Source: Eledone cirrhosa (taxonomy: Eukaryota). Taken from it: 64,000 nt of DNA. Below are positions 1 to 23,251 of this stretch, one piece after another. The DNA lies in contig OZ024762.1 of assembly GCA_964016885.1 (NCBI GenBank), positions 2,604,001 through 2,668,000 on the forward strand, written 5' to 3'. Made by a program: the position numbers and the translations under genes. The notes under the pieces are model-generated. The model was not told the origin of the DNA. It ran no database searches and saw only the letters and a program-made list of their open reading frames with translations. Position 1 is the stretch's first letter; every line of letters starts with the position of its first letter.

Positions 1-3000
1 AAGACAAACTTTGTAGGTAAGACAAACTTTGTAAGACAAACTTTGTAGGTAAGACAAACTTTGTAAGACAAAGTTTGTAGGTAAGACAAACTTTGTAAGA
101 CAAAGTTTGTAGGTAAGACAAACTTTGTAAGACAAACTTTGTAAGACAAACTTTGTAGGTATGACAAACTTTGTAGGTAAGACAAACTTTGTAGGTATGA
201 CAAACTTTGTAGGTATGACAAACTTTGTAGGTATGACAAACTTTGTAAGACAAAGTTTGTAGGTATGACAAACTTTGTAGGTATGACAAACTTTGTAAGA
301 CAAACTTTGTAGGTAAGACAAACTTTGTAAGACAAAGTTTGTAGGTAAGACAAACTTTGTAAGACAAAGTTTGTAGGTATGACAAACTTTGTAAGACAAA
401 CTTTGTAGGTAAGACAAACTTTGTAAGACAAACTTTGTAGGTAAGACAAACTTTGTAAGACAAACTTTGTAGGTAAGACAAACTTTGTAAGACAAAGTTT
501 GTAGGTAAGACAAACTTTGTAAGACAAAGTTTGTAGGTAAGACAAACTTTGTAAGACAAACTTTGTAAGACAAAGTTTGTAGGTAAGACAAACTTTGTAA
601 GACAAAGTTTGTAGGTAAGACAAACTTTGTAAGACAAAGTTTGTAGGTATGACAAACTTTGTAAGACAAAGTTTGTAGGTAAGACAAACTTTGTAAGACA
701 AAGTTTGTAGGTAAGACAAACTTTGTAAGACAAAGTTTGTAGGTATGACAAACTTTGTAAGACAAAGTTTGTAGGTAAGACAAAGTTTGTAGGTAAGACA
801 AACTTTGTAGGTAAGACAAAGTTTGTAAGACAAAGTTTGTAGGTAAGACAAAGTTTGTAGGTAAGACAAACTTTGTAGGTAAGACAAAGTTTGTAAGACA
901 AAGTTTGTAGGTAAGACAAAGTTTGTAAGACAAAGTTTGTAGGTAAGACAAAGTTTGTAAGACAAAGTTTGTAGGTATGACAAACTTTCTAAGACAAAGT
1001 TTGTAGGTAAGACAAAGTTTGTAGGTAAGACAAACTTTGTAGGTAAAACAAAGTTTGTAAGACAAAGTTTGTAGGTAAGACAAAGTTTGTAGGTAAGACA
1101 AAGTTTGTAAGACAAAGTTTGTAGGTATGACAAACTTTGTAAGACAAAGTTTGTAGGTAAGACAAAGTTTGTAGGTAAGACAAACTTTGTAGGTAAGACA
1201 AAGTTTGTAAGACAAAGTTTGTAGGTAAGACAAAGTTTGTAGGTAAGACAAAGTTTGTAAGACAAAGTTTGTAGGTAAGACAAAGTTTGTAGGTAAGACA
1301 AACTTTGTAAGACAAAGTTTGTAAGACAAACCTTGTAGGTAAGACAGACTTTGTAGGTAAGACAAAGTTTGTAAGACAAAGTTTGTAGGTAAGACAAAGT
1401 TTGTAGGTAAGACAAAGTTTGTAGGTAAGACAAAGTTTGTAAGACAAAGTTTGTAGGTAAGACAAAGTTTGTAGGTATGACAAACTTTGTAAGACAAAGT
1501 TTGTAAGACAAACTTTGTAGGTAAGACAGACTTTGTAGGTAAGACAAAGTTTGTAAGACAAAGTTTGTAGGTATGACAAACTTTGTAAGACGAAGTTTGT
1601 AAGACAAACTTTGTAGGTAAGACAGACTTTGTAGGTAAGACAAAGTTTGTAAGACAAACTTTGTAAGACAAACTTTGTAGGTAAGACAAAGTTTGTAGGT
1701 AAGACAAAGTTTGTAGGTAAGACAAAGTTTGTAAGACAAAGTTTGTAGGTAAGACAAAGTTTGTAGGTAAGACAAAGTTTGTAAGACAAAGTTTGTAGGT
1801 AAGACAAAGTTTGTAGGTAAGACAAAGTTTGTAGGTATGACAAACTTTGTAAGACAAAGTTTGTAAGACAAACTTTGTAGGTAAGACAGACTTTGTAGGT
1901 AAGACAAAGTTTGTAAGACAAAGTTTGTAGGTAAGACAAACTTTGTAAGACGAAGTTTGTAAGACAAACTTTGTAGGTAAGACAGACTTTGTAGGTAAGA
2001 CAAAGTTTGTAAGACAAACTTTGTAAGACAAACTTTGTAGGTAAGACAAAGTTTGTAGGTAAGACAAAGTTTGTAGGTAAGACAAAGTTTGTAGGTAAGA
2101 CAAAGTTTGTAAGACAAAGTTTGTAGGTAAGACAAAGTTTGTAAGACAAAGTTTGTAGGTAAGACAAAGTTTGTAGGTAAGACAAAGTTTGTAGGTATGA
2201 CAAACATTGTAAGACAAAGTTTGTAAGACAAACTTTGTAGGTAAGACAGACTTTGTAGGTAAGACAAAGTTTGTAAGACAAACTTTGTAGGTAAGACAAA
2301 CTTTGTAAGACGAAGTTTGTAAGACAAACTTTGTAGGTAAGACAGACTTTGTAGGTAAGACAAAGTTTGTAAGACAATCTTTGTAAGACAAACTTTGTAG
2401 GTAAGACAAAGTTTGTAGGTAAGACAAAGTTTGTAGGTAAGACAAACTCTGTAGGTAAGACAAACTTTGTAGGTAAGACAAACTTTGTAGGTAAGACAAA
2501 GTTTGTAAGACAAACTTTGTAGGTAAGACAAAGTTTGTAGGTAAGACAAAGTTTGTAAGACGAAGTTTGTAAGACAAACTTTGTAGGTAAGACAAAGTTT
2601 GTAAGACAAAGTTTGTAGGTAAGAAAAAGTTTGTAGGTAAGACAAAGTTTGTAGGTAAGACAAAGTTTGTAAGACAAAGTTTGTAGGTAAGACAAAGTTT
2701 GTAGGTAAGACAAAGTTTGTAGGTATGACAAACTTTGTAAGACAAAGTTTGTAAGACAAACTTTGTAGGTAAGACAGACTTTGTAGGTAAGACAAAGTTT
2801 GTAAGACAAAGTTTGTAGGTAAGACAAACTTTGTAAGACAAACTTTGTAGGTAAGACAAACTTTGTAAGACAAACTTTGTAGGTAAGACAAACTTTGTAA
2901 GACAAACTTTGTAGGTATGACAAACTTTGTAGGTAAAACAAACTTTGTAAGACAAACTTTGTAGGTAAGACAAACTTTGTAAGACAAAGTTTGTAGGTAA

Positions 3001-6000
3001 GACAAACTTTGTAGGTAAGACAAACTTTGTAAGACAAAGTTTGTAGGTATGACAAACTTTGTAGGTAAAACAAACTTTGTAAGACAAACTTTGTAGGTAA
3101 GACAAACTTTGTAAGACAAACTTTGTAGGTAAGACAAAGTTTGTAAGACAAAGTTTGTAGGTAAGACAAAGTTTGTAGGTAAGACAAACTTTGTAGGTAA
3201 GACAAAGTTTGTAAGACAAAGTTTGTAGGTAAGACAAAGTTTGTAAGACAAAGTTTGTAGGTAAGACAAAGTTTGTAAGACAAAGTTTGTAGGTATGACA
3301 AACTTTCTAAGACAAAGTTTGTAGGTAAGACAAAGTTTGTAGGTAAGACAAACTTTGTAGGTAAAACAAAGTTTGTAAGACAAAGTTTGTAGGTAAGACA
3401 AAGTTTGTAGGTAAGACAAAGTTTGTAAGACAAAGTTTGTAGGTATGACAAACTTTGTAAGACAAAGTTTGTAGGTAAGACAAAGTTTGTAGGTAAGACA
3501 AACTTTGTAGGTAAGACAAAGTTTGTAAGACAAAGTTTGTAGGTAAGACAAAGTTTGTAGGTAAGACAAAGTTTGTAAGACAAAGTTTGTAGGTAAGACA
3601 AAGTTTGTAGGTAAGACAAACTTTGTAAGACAAAGTTTGTAAGACAAACCTTGTAGGTAAGACAGACTTTGTAGGTAAGACAAAGTTTGTAAGACAAAGT
3701 TTGTAGGTAAGACAAAGTTTGTAGGTAAGACAAAGTTTGTAGGTAAGACAAAGTTTGTAAGACAAAGTTTGTAGGTAAGACAAAGTTTGTAGGTATGACA
3801 AACTTTGTAAGACAAAGTTTGTAAGACAAACTTTGTAGGTAAGACAGACTTTGTAGGTAAGACAAAGTTTGTAAGACAAAGTTTGTAGGTATGACAAACT
3901 TTGTAAGACGAAGTTTGTAAGACAAACTTTGTAGGTAAGACAGACTTTGTAGGTAAGACAAAGTTTGTAAGACAAACTTTGTAAGACAAACTTTGTAGGT
4001 AAGACAAAGTTTGTAGGTAAGACAAAGTTTGTAGGTAAGACAAAGTTTGTAAGACAAAGTTTGTAGGTAAGACAAAGTTTGTAGGTAAGACAAAGTTTGT
4101 AAGACAAAGTTTGTAGGTAAGACAAAGTTTGTAGGTAAGACAAAGTTTGTAGGTATGACAAACTTTGTAAGACAAAGTTTGTAAGACAAACTTTGTAGGT
4201 AAGACAGACTTTGTAGGTAAGACAAAGTTTGTAAGACAAAGTTTGTAGGTAAGACAAACTTTGTAAGACGAAGTTTGTAAGACAAACTTTGTAGGTAAGA
4301 CAGACTTTGTAGGTAAGACAAAGTTTGTAAGACAAACTTTGTAAGACAAACTTTGTAGGTAAGACAAAGTTTGTAGGTAAGACAAAGTTTGTAGGTAAGA
4401 CAAAGTTTGTAGGTAAGACAAAGTTTGTAAGACAAAGTTTGTAGGTAAGACAAAGTTTGTAAGACAAAGTTTGTAGGTAAGACAAAGTTTGTAGGTAAGA
4501 CAAAGTTTGTAGGTATGACAAACATTGTAAGACAAAGTTTGTAAGACAAACTTTGTAGGTAAGACAGACTTTGTAGGTAAGACAAAGTTTGTAAGACAAA
4601 CTTTGTAGGTAAGACAAACTTTGTAAGACGAAGTTTGTAAGACAAACTTTGTAGGTAAGACAGACTTTGTAGGTAAGACAAAGTTTGTAAGACAATCTTT
4701 GTAAGACAAACTTTGTAGGTAAGACAAAGTTTGTAGGTAAGACAAAGTTTGTAGGTAAGACAAACTCTGTAGGTAAGACAAACTTTGTAGGTAAGACAAA
4801 CTTTGTAGGTAAGACAAAGTTTGTAAGACAAACTTTGTAGGTAAGACAAAGTTTGTAGGTAAGACAAAGTTTGTAAGACGAAGTTTGTAAGACAAACTTT
4901 GTAGGTAAGACAAAGTTTGTAAGACAAAGTTTGTAGGTAAGAAAAAGTTTGTAGGTAAGACAAAGTTTGTAGGTAAGACAAAGTTTGTAAGACAAAGTTT
5001 GTAGGTAAGACAAAGTTTGTAGGTAAGACAAAGTTTGTAGGTATGACAAACTTTGTAAGACAAAGTTTGTAAGACAAACTTTGTAGGTAAGACAGACTTT
5101 GTAGGTAAGACAAAGTTTGTAAGACAAAGTTTGTAGGTAAGACAAACTTTGTAAGACAAACTTTGTAGGTAAGACAAACTTTGTAAGACAAACTTTGTAG
5201 GTAAGACAAACTTTGTAAGACAAACTTTGTAGGTATGACAAACTTTGTAGGTAAAACAAACTTTGTAAGACAAACTTTGTAGGTAAGACAAACTTTGTAA
5301 GACAAAGTTTGTAGGTAAGACAAACTTTGTAGGTAAGACAAACTTTGTAAGACAAAGTTTGTAGGTATGACAAACTTTGTAGGTAAAACAAACTTTGTAA
5401 GACAAACTTTGTAGGTAAGACAAACTTTGTAAGACAAACTTTGTAGGTAAGACAAACTTTGTAAGACAAAGTTTGTAGGTATGACAAACTTTGTAGGTAA
5501 GACAAACTTTGTAAGACAAACTTTGTAGGTAAGACAAACTTTGTAAGACAAACTTTGTAGGTAAGACAAACTTTGTAAGACAAACTTTGTAGGTAAGACA
5601 AACTTTGTAAGACAAAGTTTGTAGGTATGACAAACTTTGTAGGTAAGACAAACTTTGTAAGACAAACTTTGTAGGTAAGACAAACTTTGTAAGACAAAGT
5701 TTGTAGGTAAGACAAACTTTGTAAGACAAACTTTGTAGGTAAGACAAACTTTGTAAGACAAAGTTTGTAGGTAAGACAAACTTTGTAAGACAAAGTTTGT
5801 AGGTAAGACAAACTTTGTAAGACAAACTTTGTAGGTAAGACAAACTTTGTAGGTAAGACAAACTTTGTAAGACAAAGTTTGTAGGTATGACAAACTTTGT
5901 AGGTAAGACAAACTTTGTAAGACAAACTTTGTAGGTAAGACAAACTTTGTAAGACAAACTTTGTAGGTAAGACAAACTTTGTAAGACAAACTTTGTAGGT

Positions 6001-9000
6001 ATTACAAACTTTGTAAGCCAAAGTTTGTAGGTAAGACAAACTTTGTAAGACAAAGTTTGTAGGTATGACAAACTTTGTAAGACAAACTTTGTAGGTATGA
6101 CAAACTTTGTAGGTAAGACAAAGTTTGTAGGTATGACAAACTTTGTAAGACAAAGTTTGTAGGTAAGACAAACTTTGTAAGACAAAGTTTGTAGGTATGA
6201 CAAATTTGTAAGACAAACTTTGTAGGTATGACAAACTTTGTAAGACAAACTTTGTAGGTATGACAAACTTTGTAGGTAAGACAAAGTTTGTAGGTATGAC
6301 AAACTTTGTAAGACAAAGTTTGTAGGTAAGACAAACTTTGTAAGACAAAGTTTGTAGGTATGACAAACTTTGTAGGTATGACAAACTTTGTAGGTAAGAC
6401 AAAGTTTGTAGGTATGACATACTTTGTAAGACAAAGTTTGTAGGTAAGACAAACTTTGTAAGACAAAGTTTGTAGGTATGACAAACTTTGTAAGACAAAC
6501 TTTGTAGGTATGACAAACTTTGTAGGTAAGACAAACTTTGTAGGTATGACAAACTTTGTAGGTATGACAAACTTTGTAGGTATGACAAACTTTGTAAGAC
6601 AAAGTTTGTAGGTATGACAAACTTTGTAGGTATGACAAACTTTGTAGGTATGACAAACTTTGTAGGTATGACAAACTTTGTAAGACAAAGTTTGTAGGTA
6701 TGACAAAGTTTGTAAGACAAAGTTTGTAGGTATTACAAACTTTGTAGGTATGACAAACTTTGTAAGACAAAGTTTGTAGGTATGACAAACTTTGTAAGAC
6801 AAAGTTTGTAGGTATGACAAACTTTGTAGGTATGACAAACTTTGTAAGACAAACTTTGTAGGTAAGACAAACTTTGTAAGACAAAGTTTGTAGGTAAGAC
6901 AAACTTTGTAGGTAAGACAAAGTTTGTAAGACAAAGTTTGTAGGTATGACAAACTTTGTAGGTATGACAAACTTTGTAAGACAAAGTTTGTAGGTAAGAC
7001 AAACTTTGTAAGACAAACTTTGTAATACAAAGTTTGTAAGACAAAGTTTGTAGGTAAGACAAACTTTGTAGGTAAGACAAACTTTGTAAGACAAACTTTG
7101 TAGGTAAGACAAACTTTGTAAGACAAAGTTTGTAGGTAAGACAAACTTTGTAAGACAAAGTTTGTAGGTAAGACAAACTTTGTAAGACAAACTTTGTAAG
7201 ACAAACTTTGTAGGTATGACAAACTTTGTAGGTAAGACAAACTTTGTAGGTATGACAAACTTTGTAGGTATGACAAACTTTGTAGGTATGACAAACTTTG
7301 TAAGACAAAGTTTGTAGGTATGACAAACTTTGTAGGTATGACAAACTTTGTAAGACAAACTTTGTAGGTAAGACAAACTTTGTAAGACAAAGTTTGTAGG
7401 TAAGACAAACTTTGTAAGACAAAGTTTGTAGGTATGACAAACTTTGTAAGACAAACTTTGTAGGTAAGACAAACTTTGTAAGACAAACTTTGTAGGTAAG
7501 ACAAACTTTGTAAGACAAACTTTGTAGGTAAGACAAACTTTGTAAGACAAAGTTTGTAGGTAAGACAAACTTTGTAAGACAAAGTTTGTAGGTAAGACAA
7601 ACTTTGTAAGACAAACTTTGTAAGACAAAGTTTGTAGGTAAGACAAACTTTGTAAGACAAAGTTTGTAGGTAAGACAAACTTTGTAAGACAAAGTTTGTA
7701 GGTATGACAAACTTTGTAAGACAAACTTTGTAGGTAAGACAAACTTTGTAAGACAAAGTTTGTAGGTAAGACAAACTTTGTAAGACAAAGTTTGTAGGTA
7801 TGACAAACTTTGTAAGACAAAGTTTGTAGGTAAGACAAAGTTTGTAGGTAAGACAAACTTTGTAGGTAAGACAAAGTTTGTAAGACAAAGTTTGTAGGTA
7901 AGACAAAGTTTGTAGGTAAGACAAACTTTGTAGGTAAGACAAAGTTTGTAAGACAAAGTTTGTAGGTAAGACAAAGTTTGTAAGACAAAGTTTGTAGGTA
8001 AGACAAAGTTTGTAAGACAAAGTTTGTAGGTATGACAAACTTTGTAAGACAAAGTTTGTAGGTAAGACAAAGTTTGTAGGTAAGACAAACTTTGTAGGTA
8101 AAACAAAGTTTGTAAGACAAAGTTTGTAGGTAAGACAAAGTTTGTAGGTAAGACAAAGTTTGTAAGACAAAGTTTGTAGGTATGACAAACTTTGTAAGAC
8201 AAAGTTTGTAGGTAAGACAAAGTTTGTAGGTAAGACAAACTTTGTAGGTAAGACAAAGTTTGTAAGACAAAGTTTGTAGGTAAGACAAAGTTTGTAGGTA
8301 AGACAAAGTTTGTAAGACAAAGTTTGTAGGTAAGACAAAGTTTGTAGGTAAGACAAACTTTGTAAGACAAAGTTTGTAAGACAAACCTTGTAGGTAAGAC
8401 AGACTTTGTAGGTAAGACAAAGTTTGTAAGACAAAGTTTGTAGGTAAGACAAAGTTTGTAGGTAAGACAAAGTTTGTAGGTAAGACAAAGTTTGTAAGAC
8501 AAAGTTTGTAGGTAAGACAAAGTTTGTAGGTATGACAAACTTTGTAAGACAAAGTTTGTAAGACAAACTTTGTAGGTAAGACAGACTTTGTAGGTAAGAC
8601 AAAGTTTGTAAGACAAAGTTTGTAGGTATGACAAACTTTGTAAGACGAAGTTTGTAAGACAAACTTTGTAGGTAAGACAGACTTTGTAGGTAAGACAAAG
8701 TTTGTAAGACAAACTTTGTAAGACAAACTTTGTAGGTAAGACAAAGTTTGTAGGTAAGACAAAGTTTGTAGGTAAGACAAAGTTTGTAAGACAAAGTTTG
8801 TAGGTAAGACAAAGTTTGTAGGTAAGACAAAGTTTGTAAGACAAAGTTTGTAGGTAAGACAAAGTTTGTAGGTAAGACAAAGTTTGTAGGTATGACAAAC
8901 TTTGTAAGACAAAGTTTGTAAGACAAACTTTGTAGGTAAGACAGACTTTGTAGGTAAGACAAAGTTTGTAAGACAAAGTTTGTAGGTAAGACAAACTTTG

Positions 9001-12000
9001 TAAGACGAAGTTTGTAAGACAAACTTTGTAGGTAAGACAGACTTTGTAGGTAAGACAAAGTTTGTAAGACAAACTTTGTAAGACAAACTTTGTAGGTAAG
9101 ACAAAGTTTGTAGGTAAGACAAAGTTTGTAGGTAAGACAAAGTTTGTAGGTAAGACAAAGTTTGTAAGACAAAGTTTGTAGGTAAGACAAAGTTTGTAAG
9201 ACAAAGTTTGTAGGTAAGACAAAGTTTGTAGGTAAGACAAAGTTTGTAGGTATGACAAACATTGTAAGACAAAGTTTGTAAGACAAACTTTGTAGGTAAG
9301 ACAGACTTTGTAGGTAAGACAAAGTTTGTAAGACAAACTTTGTAGGTAAGACAAACTTTGTAAGACGAAGTTTGTAAGACAAACTTTGTAGGTAAGACAG
9401 ACTTTGTAGGTAAGACAAAGTTTGTAAGACAATCTTTGTAAGACAAACTTTGTAGGTAAGACAAAGTTTGTAGGTAAGACAAAGTTTGTAGGTAAGACAA
9501 ACTCTGTAGGTAAGACAAACTTTGTAGGTAAGACAAACTTTGTAGGTAAGACAAAGTTTGTAAGACAAAGTTTGTAAGACAAACTTTGTAGGTAAGACAA
9601 AGTTTGTAGGTAAGACAAAGTTTGTAAGACGAAGTTTGTAAGACAAACTTTGTAGGTAAGACAAAGTTTGTAAGACAAAGTTTGTAGGTAAGAAAAAGTT
9701 TGTAGGTAAGACAAAGTTTGTAGGTAAGACAAAGTTTGTAAGACAAAGTTTGTAGGTAAGACAAAGTTTGTAGGTAAGACAAAGTTTGTAGGTATGACAA
9801 ACTTTGTAAGACAAAGTTTGTAAGACAAACTTTGTAGGTAAGACAGACTTTGTAGGTAAGACAAAGTTTGTAAGACAAAGTTTGTAGGTATGACAAACTT
9901 TGTAAGACGAAGTTTGTAAGACAAACTTTGTAGGTAAGACAGACTTTGTAGGTAAGACAAAGTTTGTAAGACAAACTTTGTAAGACAAACTTTGTAGGTA
10001 AGACAAAGTTTGTAGGTAAGACAAAGTTTGTAGGTAAGACAAAGTTTGTAAGACAAAGTTTGTAGGTAAGACAAAGTTTGTAGGTAAGACAAAGTTTGTA
10101 AGACAAAGTTTGTAGGTAAGACAAAGTTTGTAGGTAAGACAAAGTTTGTAGGTATGACAAACTTTGTAAGACAAAGTTTGTAAGACAAACTTTGTAGGTA
10201 AGACAGACTTTGTAGGTAAGACAAAGTTTGTAAGACAAAGTTTGTAGGTAAGACAAACTTTGTAAGACGAAGTTTGTAAGACAAACTTTGTAGGTAAGAC
10301 AGACTTTGTAGGTAAGACAAAGTTTGTAAGACAAACTTTGTAAGACAAACTTTGTAGGTAAGACAAAGTTTGTAGGTAAGACAAAGTTTGTAGGTAAGAC
10401 AAAGTTTGTAGGTAAGACAAAGTTTGTAAGACAAAGTTTGTAGGTAAGACAAAGTTTGTAGGTAAGACAAAGTTTGTAAGACAAAGTTTGTAGGTAAGAC
10501 AAAGTTTGTAGGTAAGACAAAGTTTGTAGGTATGACAAACATTGTAAGACAAAGTTTGTAAGACAAACTTTGTAGGTAAGACAGACTTTGTAGGTAAGAC
10601 AAAGTTTGTAAGACAAACTTTGTAGGTAAGACAAACTTTGTAAGACGAAGTTTGTAAGACAAACTTTGTAGGTAAGACAGACTTTGTAGGTAAGACAAAG
10701 TTTGTAAGACAAACTTTGTAGGTAAGACAAACTTTGTAGGTAAGACAAAGTTTGTAGGTAAGACAAACTTTGTAGGTAAGACAAACTTTGTAGGTAAGAC
10801 AAACTTTGTAGGTAAGACAAAGTTTGTAAGACAAAGTTTGTAAGACAAACTTTGTAGGTAATACAAAGTTTGTAGGTAAGACAAAGTTTGTAAGACGAAG
10901 TTTGTAAGACAAACTTTGTAGGTAAGACAAAGTTTGTAAGACAAAGTTTGTAGGTAAGACAAAGTTTGTAGGTAAGACAAAGTTTGTAGGTATGACAAAC
11001 TTTGTAAGACAAAGTTTGTAAGACAAACTTTGTAGGTAAGACAGACTTTGTAGGTAAGACAAAGTTTGTAAGACAAAGTTTGTAGGTAAGACAAACTTTG
11101 TAAGACGAAGTTTGTAAGACAAACTTTGTAGGTAAGACAGACTTTGTAGGTAAGACAAAGTTTGTAAGACAAACTTTGTAAGACAAACTTTGTAGGTAAG
11201 ACAAAGTTTGTAGGTAAGACAAAGTTTGTAGGTAAGACAAACTTTGTAGGTAAGACAAACTTTGTAGGTAAGACAAAGTTTGTAAGACAAAGTTTGTAAG
11301 ACAAACTTTGTAGGTAAGACAAAGTTTGTAAGACGAAGTTTGTAAGACAAACTTTGTAGGTAAGACAAACTTTGTAGTTAAGACAAACTTTGTAGGTAAG
11401 ACAAAGTTTGTAAGACAAACTTTGTAGGTAAGACAAAGTTTGTAAGCCGAAGTTTGTAAGACAAACTTTGTAGGTAAGACAAACTTTGTAGGTAAGACAA
11501 AGTTTGTAAGACGAAGTTTGTAAGACAAACTTTGTAGGTAAGACAAACTTTGTAGGTAAGACAAACTTTGTAGGTAAGACAAAGTTTGTAAGACAAAGTT
11601 TGTAAGACAAACTTTGTAGGTAAGACAAAGTTTGTAAGACGAAGTTTGTAAGACAAACTTTGTAGGTAAGACAAACTTTGTAGGTAAGACAAACTTTGTA
11701 GGTAAGACAAACTTTGTAGGTAAGACAAAGTTTGTAAGACAAACTTTGTAGGTAAGACAAAGTTTGTAAGACGAAGTTTGTAAGACAAACTTTGTAGGTA
11801 AGACAAACTTTGTAGGTAAGACAAAGTTTGTAAGACGAAGTTTGTAAGACAAACTTTGTAGGTAAGACAACCTTTGTAGGTAAGACAAACTTTGTAGGTA
11901 AGACAAAGTTTGTAAGACAAAGTTTGTAAGACAAAGTTTGTAAGACAAACTTTGTAGGTAAGACAAAGTTTGTAAGACGAAGTTTGTAAGACAAACTTTG

Positions 12001-12370
12001 TAGGTAAGACAAACTTTGTAGGTAAGACAAACTTTGTAGGTAAGACAAACTTTGTAGGTAAGACAAAGTTTGTAAGACAAAGTTTGTAAGACAAAGTTTG
12101 TAGGTAAGAGAAAGTTTGTAAGACAAAGTTTGTAGGTAAGACAAACTTTGTAAGACAAAGTTTGTAAGACAAAGTTTGTAGGTAAGACAAAGTTTGTAAG
12201 ACAAAGTTTGTAGGTAAGATAAAGTTTGTAAGACAAAGTTTGTAGGTAAGACAAAGTTTGTAAGACAAAGTTTGTAGGTAAGACAAAGTTTGTAAGACAA
12301 AGTTTGTAGGTAAGACAAAGTTTGTAGGTATGACAAAGTTTGTAGGTAAGATAAAGTTTGTAAGATAAAC
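1..12370. repeat. Satellite array of mixed 14-bp (AAGACAAASTTTGT) and 18-bp (AGGTAAGACAAASTTTGT / AGGTATGACAAACTTTGT) units with higher-order repeats; continues beyond window start
   Basis: Directly visible. Marker variant 'aaaccttgt' recurs at 1331, 3649 and 8386; 'gacagacttt' recurs at 1621, 1981 and 2341; position 1 onward matches 7056 onward. Array decays at ~12350-12370. Confidence 0.99.
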
Positions 12371-12544
12371 AACAATTTAGTTTATGTGTTCATGTGATCT
12401 GTAAAGACTCAGAGAAACCAGATTGAAGCTATTGTACTTACTTTGGTGTATTTACGTCTGACTCTTAACATCCTGTTATAATTGTAACAGGATAAATATG
12501 AGATTTGTCATATTGTCAATAAATGAACATAACAGAGAAGAAAC

Positions 12545-13324
12545 AGATACATATATATATATACACTACACACACACATATATATATACACTACATACAT
12601 ATATATATATATATACACTACACACATATATATATATACACTACATACATATATATATATATATACACTACACACATATATATATATACACTACATACAT
12701 ATATATATATATAAACACTACACACACACATATATATATACACTACATACATATATATATATATATACACTACACACATATATATATATATACACTACAT
12801 ACATATATATATATATATACACTACACACATATATATATATACACTACATACATATATATATATATACACTACACACACACATATATATATACACTACAT
12901 ACATATATGTGTGTGTATATATACACTACACACACACATATATATACACTACATACACAGATATATATATACACTACATACATATATATATATACACTAC
13001 ACACACATATATATATATACACTAAACACACACATATATATACACTACACACACACATATATATACACTACATACATATATATATATATACACTACACAC
13101 AGACATATATATATACACTACACACACAATAAAAGATTAATATAGAGACATCACGATCGAATGCACATTCTCATTGATTTCAATCTCTCTCTCTCTCTCC
13201 CTCACACTCTCTCTCTCTCACTCTCTCTCTCACACACTCTCCCTCTCCCTCTCTCTCTCTCACTCCCTCTCTCACACACTCTCCCTCTCACTCTCTCTCT
13301 CTCCCTCACACTCTCTCTTTCTCA

Positions 13325-13357
<33 letters not shown>

Positions 13358-13450
13358 TCTCTCTCCCTCTCTCTCTCTCTCTCTCCCTCACACTCTCTCT
13401 CTCTCACTCTCTCTCTCACACACTCTCCCTCTCACTCTCTCTCTCTATCT
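12545..13450. repeat. Compound (TA/CA)n then (CT)n microsatellites
   Basis: Directly visible. Confidence 0.95.
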
Positions 13451-13454
13451 ACAG

Positions 13455-23043
<9,589 letters not shown>

Positions 23044-23128
23044 ACTCCAAACATAGGGTCTCACCTTATTTATTTTCTGAAATCCTGACCTTTAGGATTT
23101 TTCTGTTGTAATGGACAAGAGAAGATTA

Positions 23129-23145
23129 AATAAACACATAATAAA
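23129..23145 (+). terminator. Candidate polyadenylation signals (AATAAA x2) for the LEXM-like gene
   Basis: AATAAA at 23129-23134 and 23140-23145, ~90 nt after the stop; AT-rich context lowers specificity. Confidence 0.5.
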
Positions 23146-23181
23146 TAACATTATATGAGATATACATACACCCACACAATA

Positions 23182-23247
<66 letters not shown>

Positions 23248-23251
<4 letters not shown>

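Noticed and set aside
1-12370. CRISPR-like array, or real 18-nt introns (GTAAGA...TTTGTAG)
   Set aside because: No unique spacers or cas genes, eukaryotic context; 18 nt is far below metazoan intron size and there is no exon sequence between units.
989-12375. Very long minus-strand ORFs (up to 1880 aa)
   Set aside because: The satellite monomer lacks stops on the minus strand in all frames; several listed starts are not ATG; peptides are permutations of the repeat.
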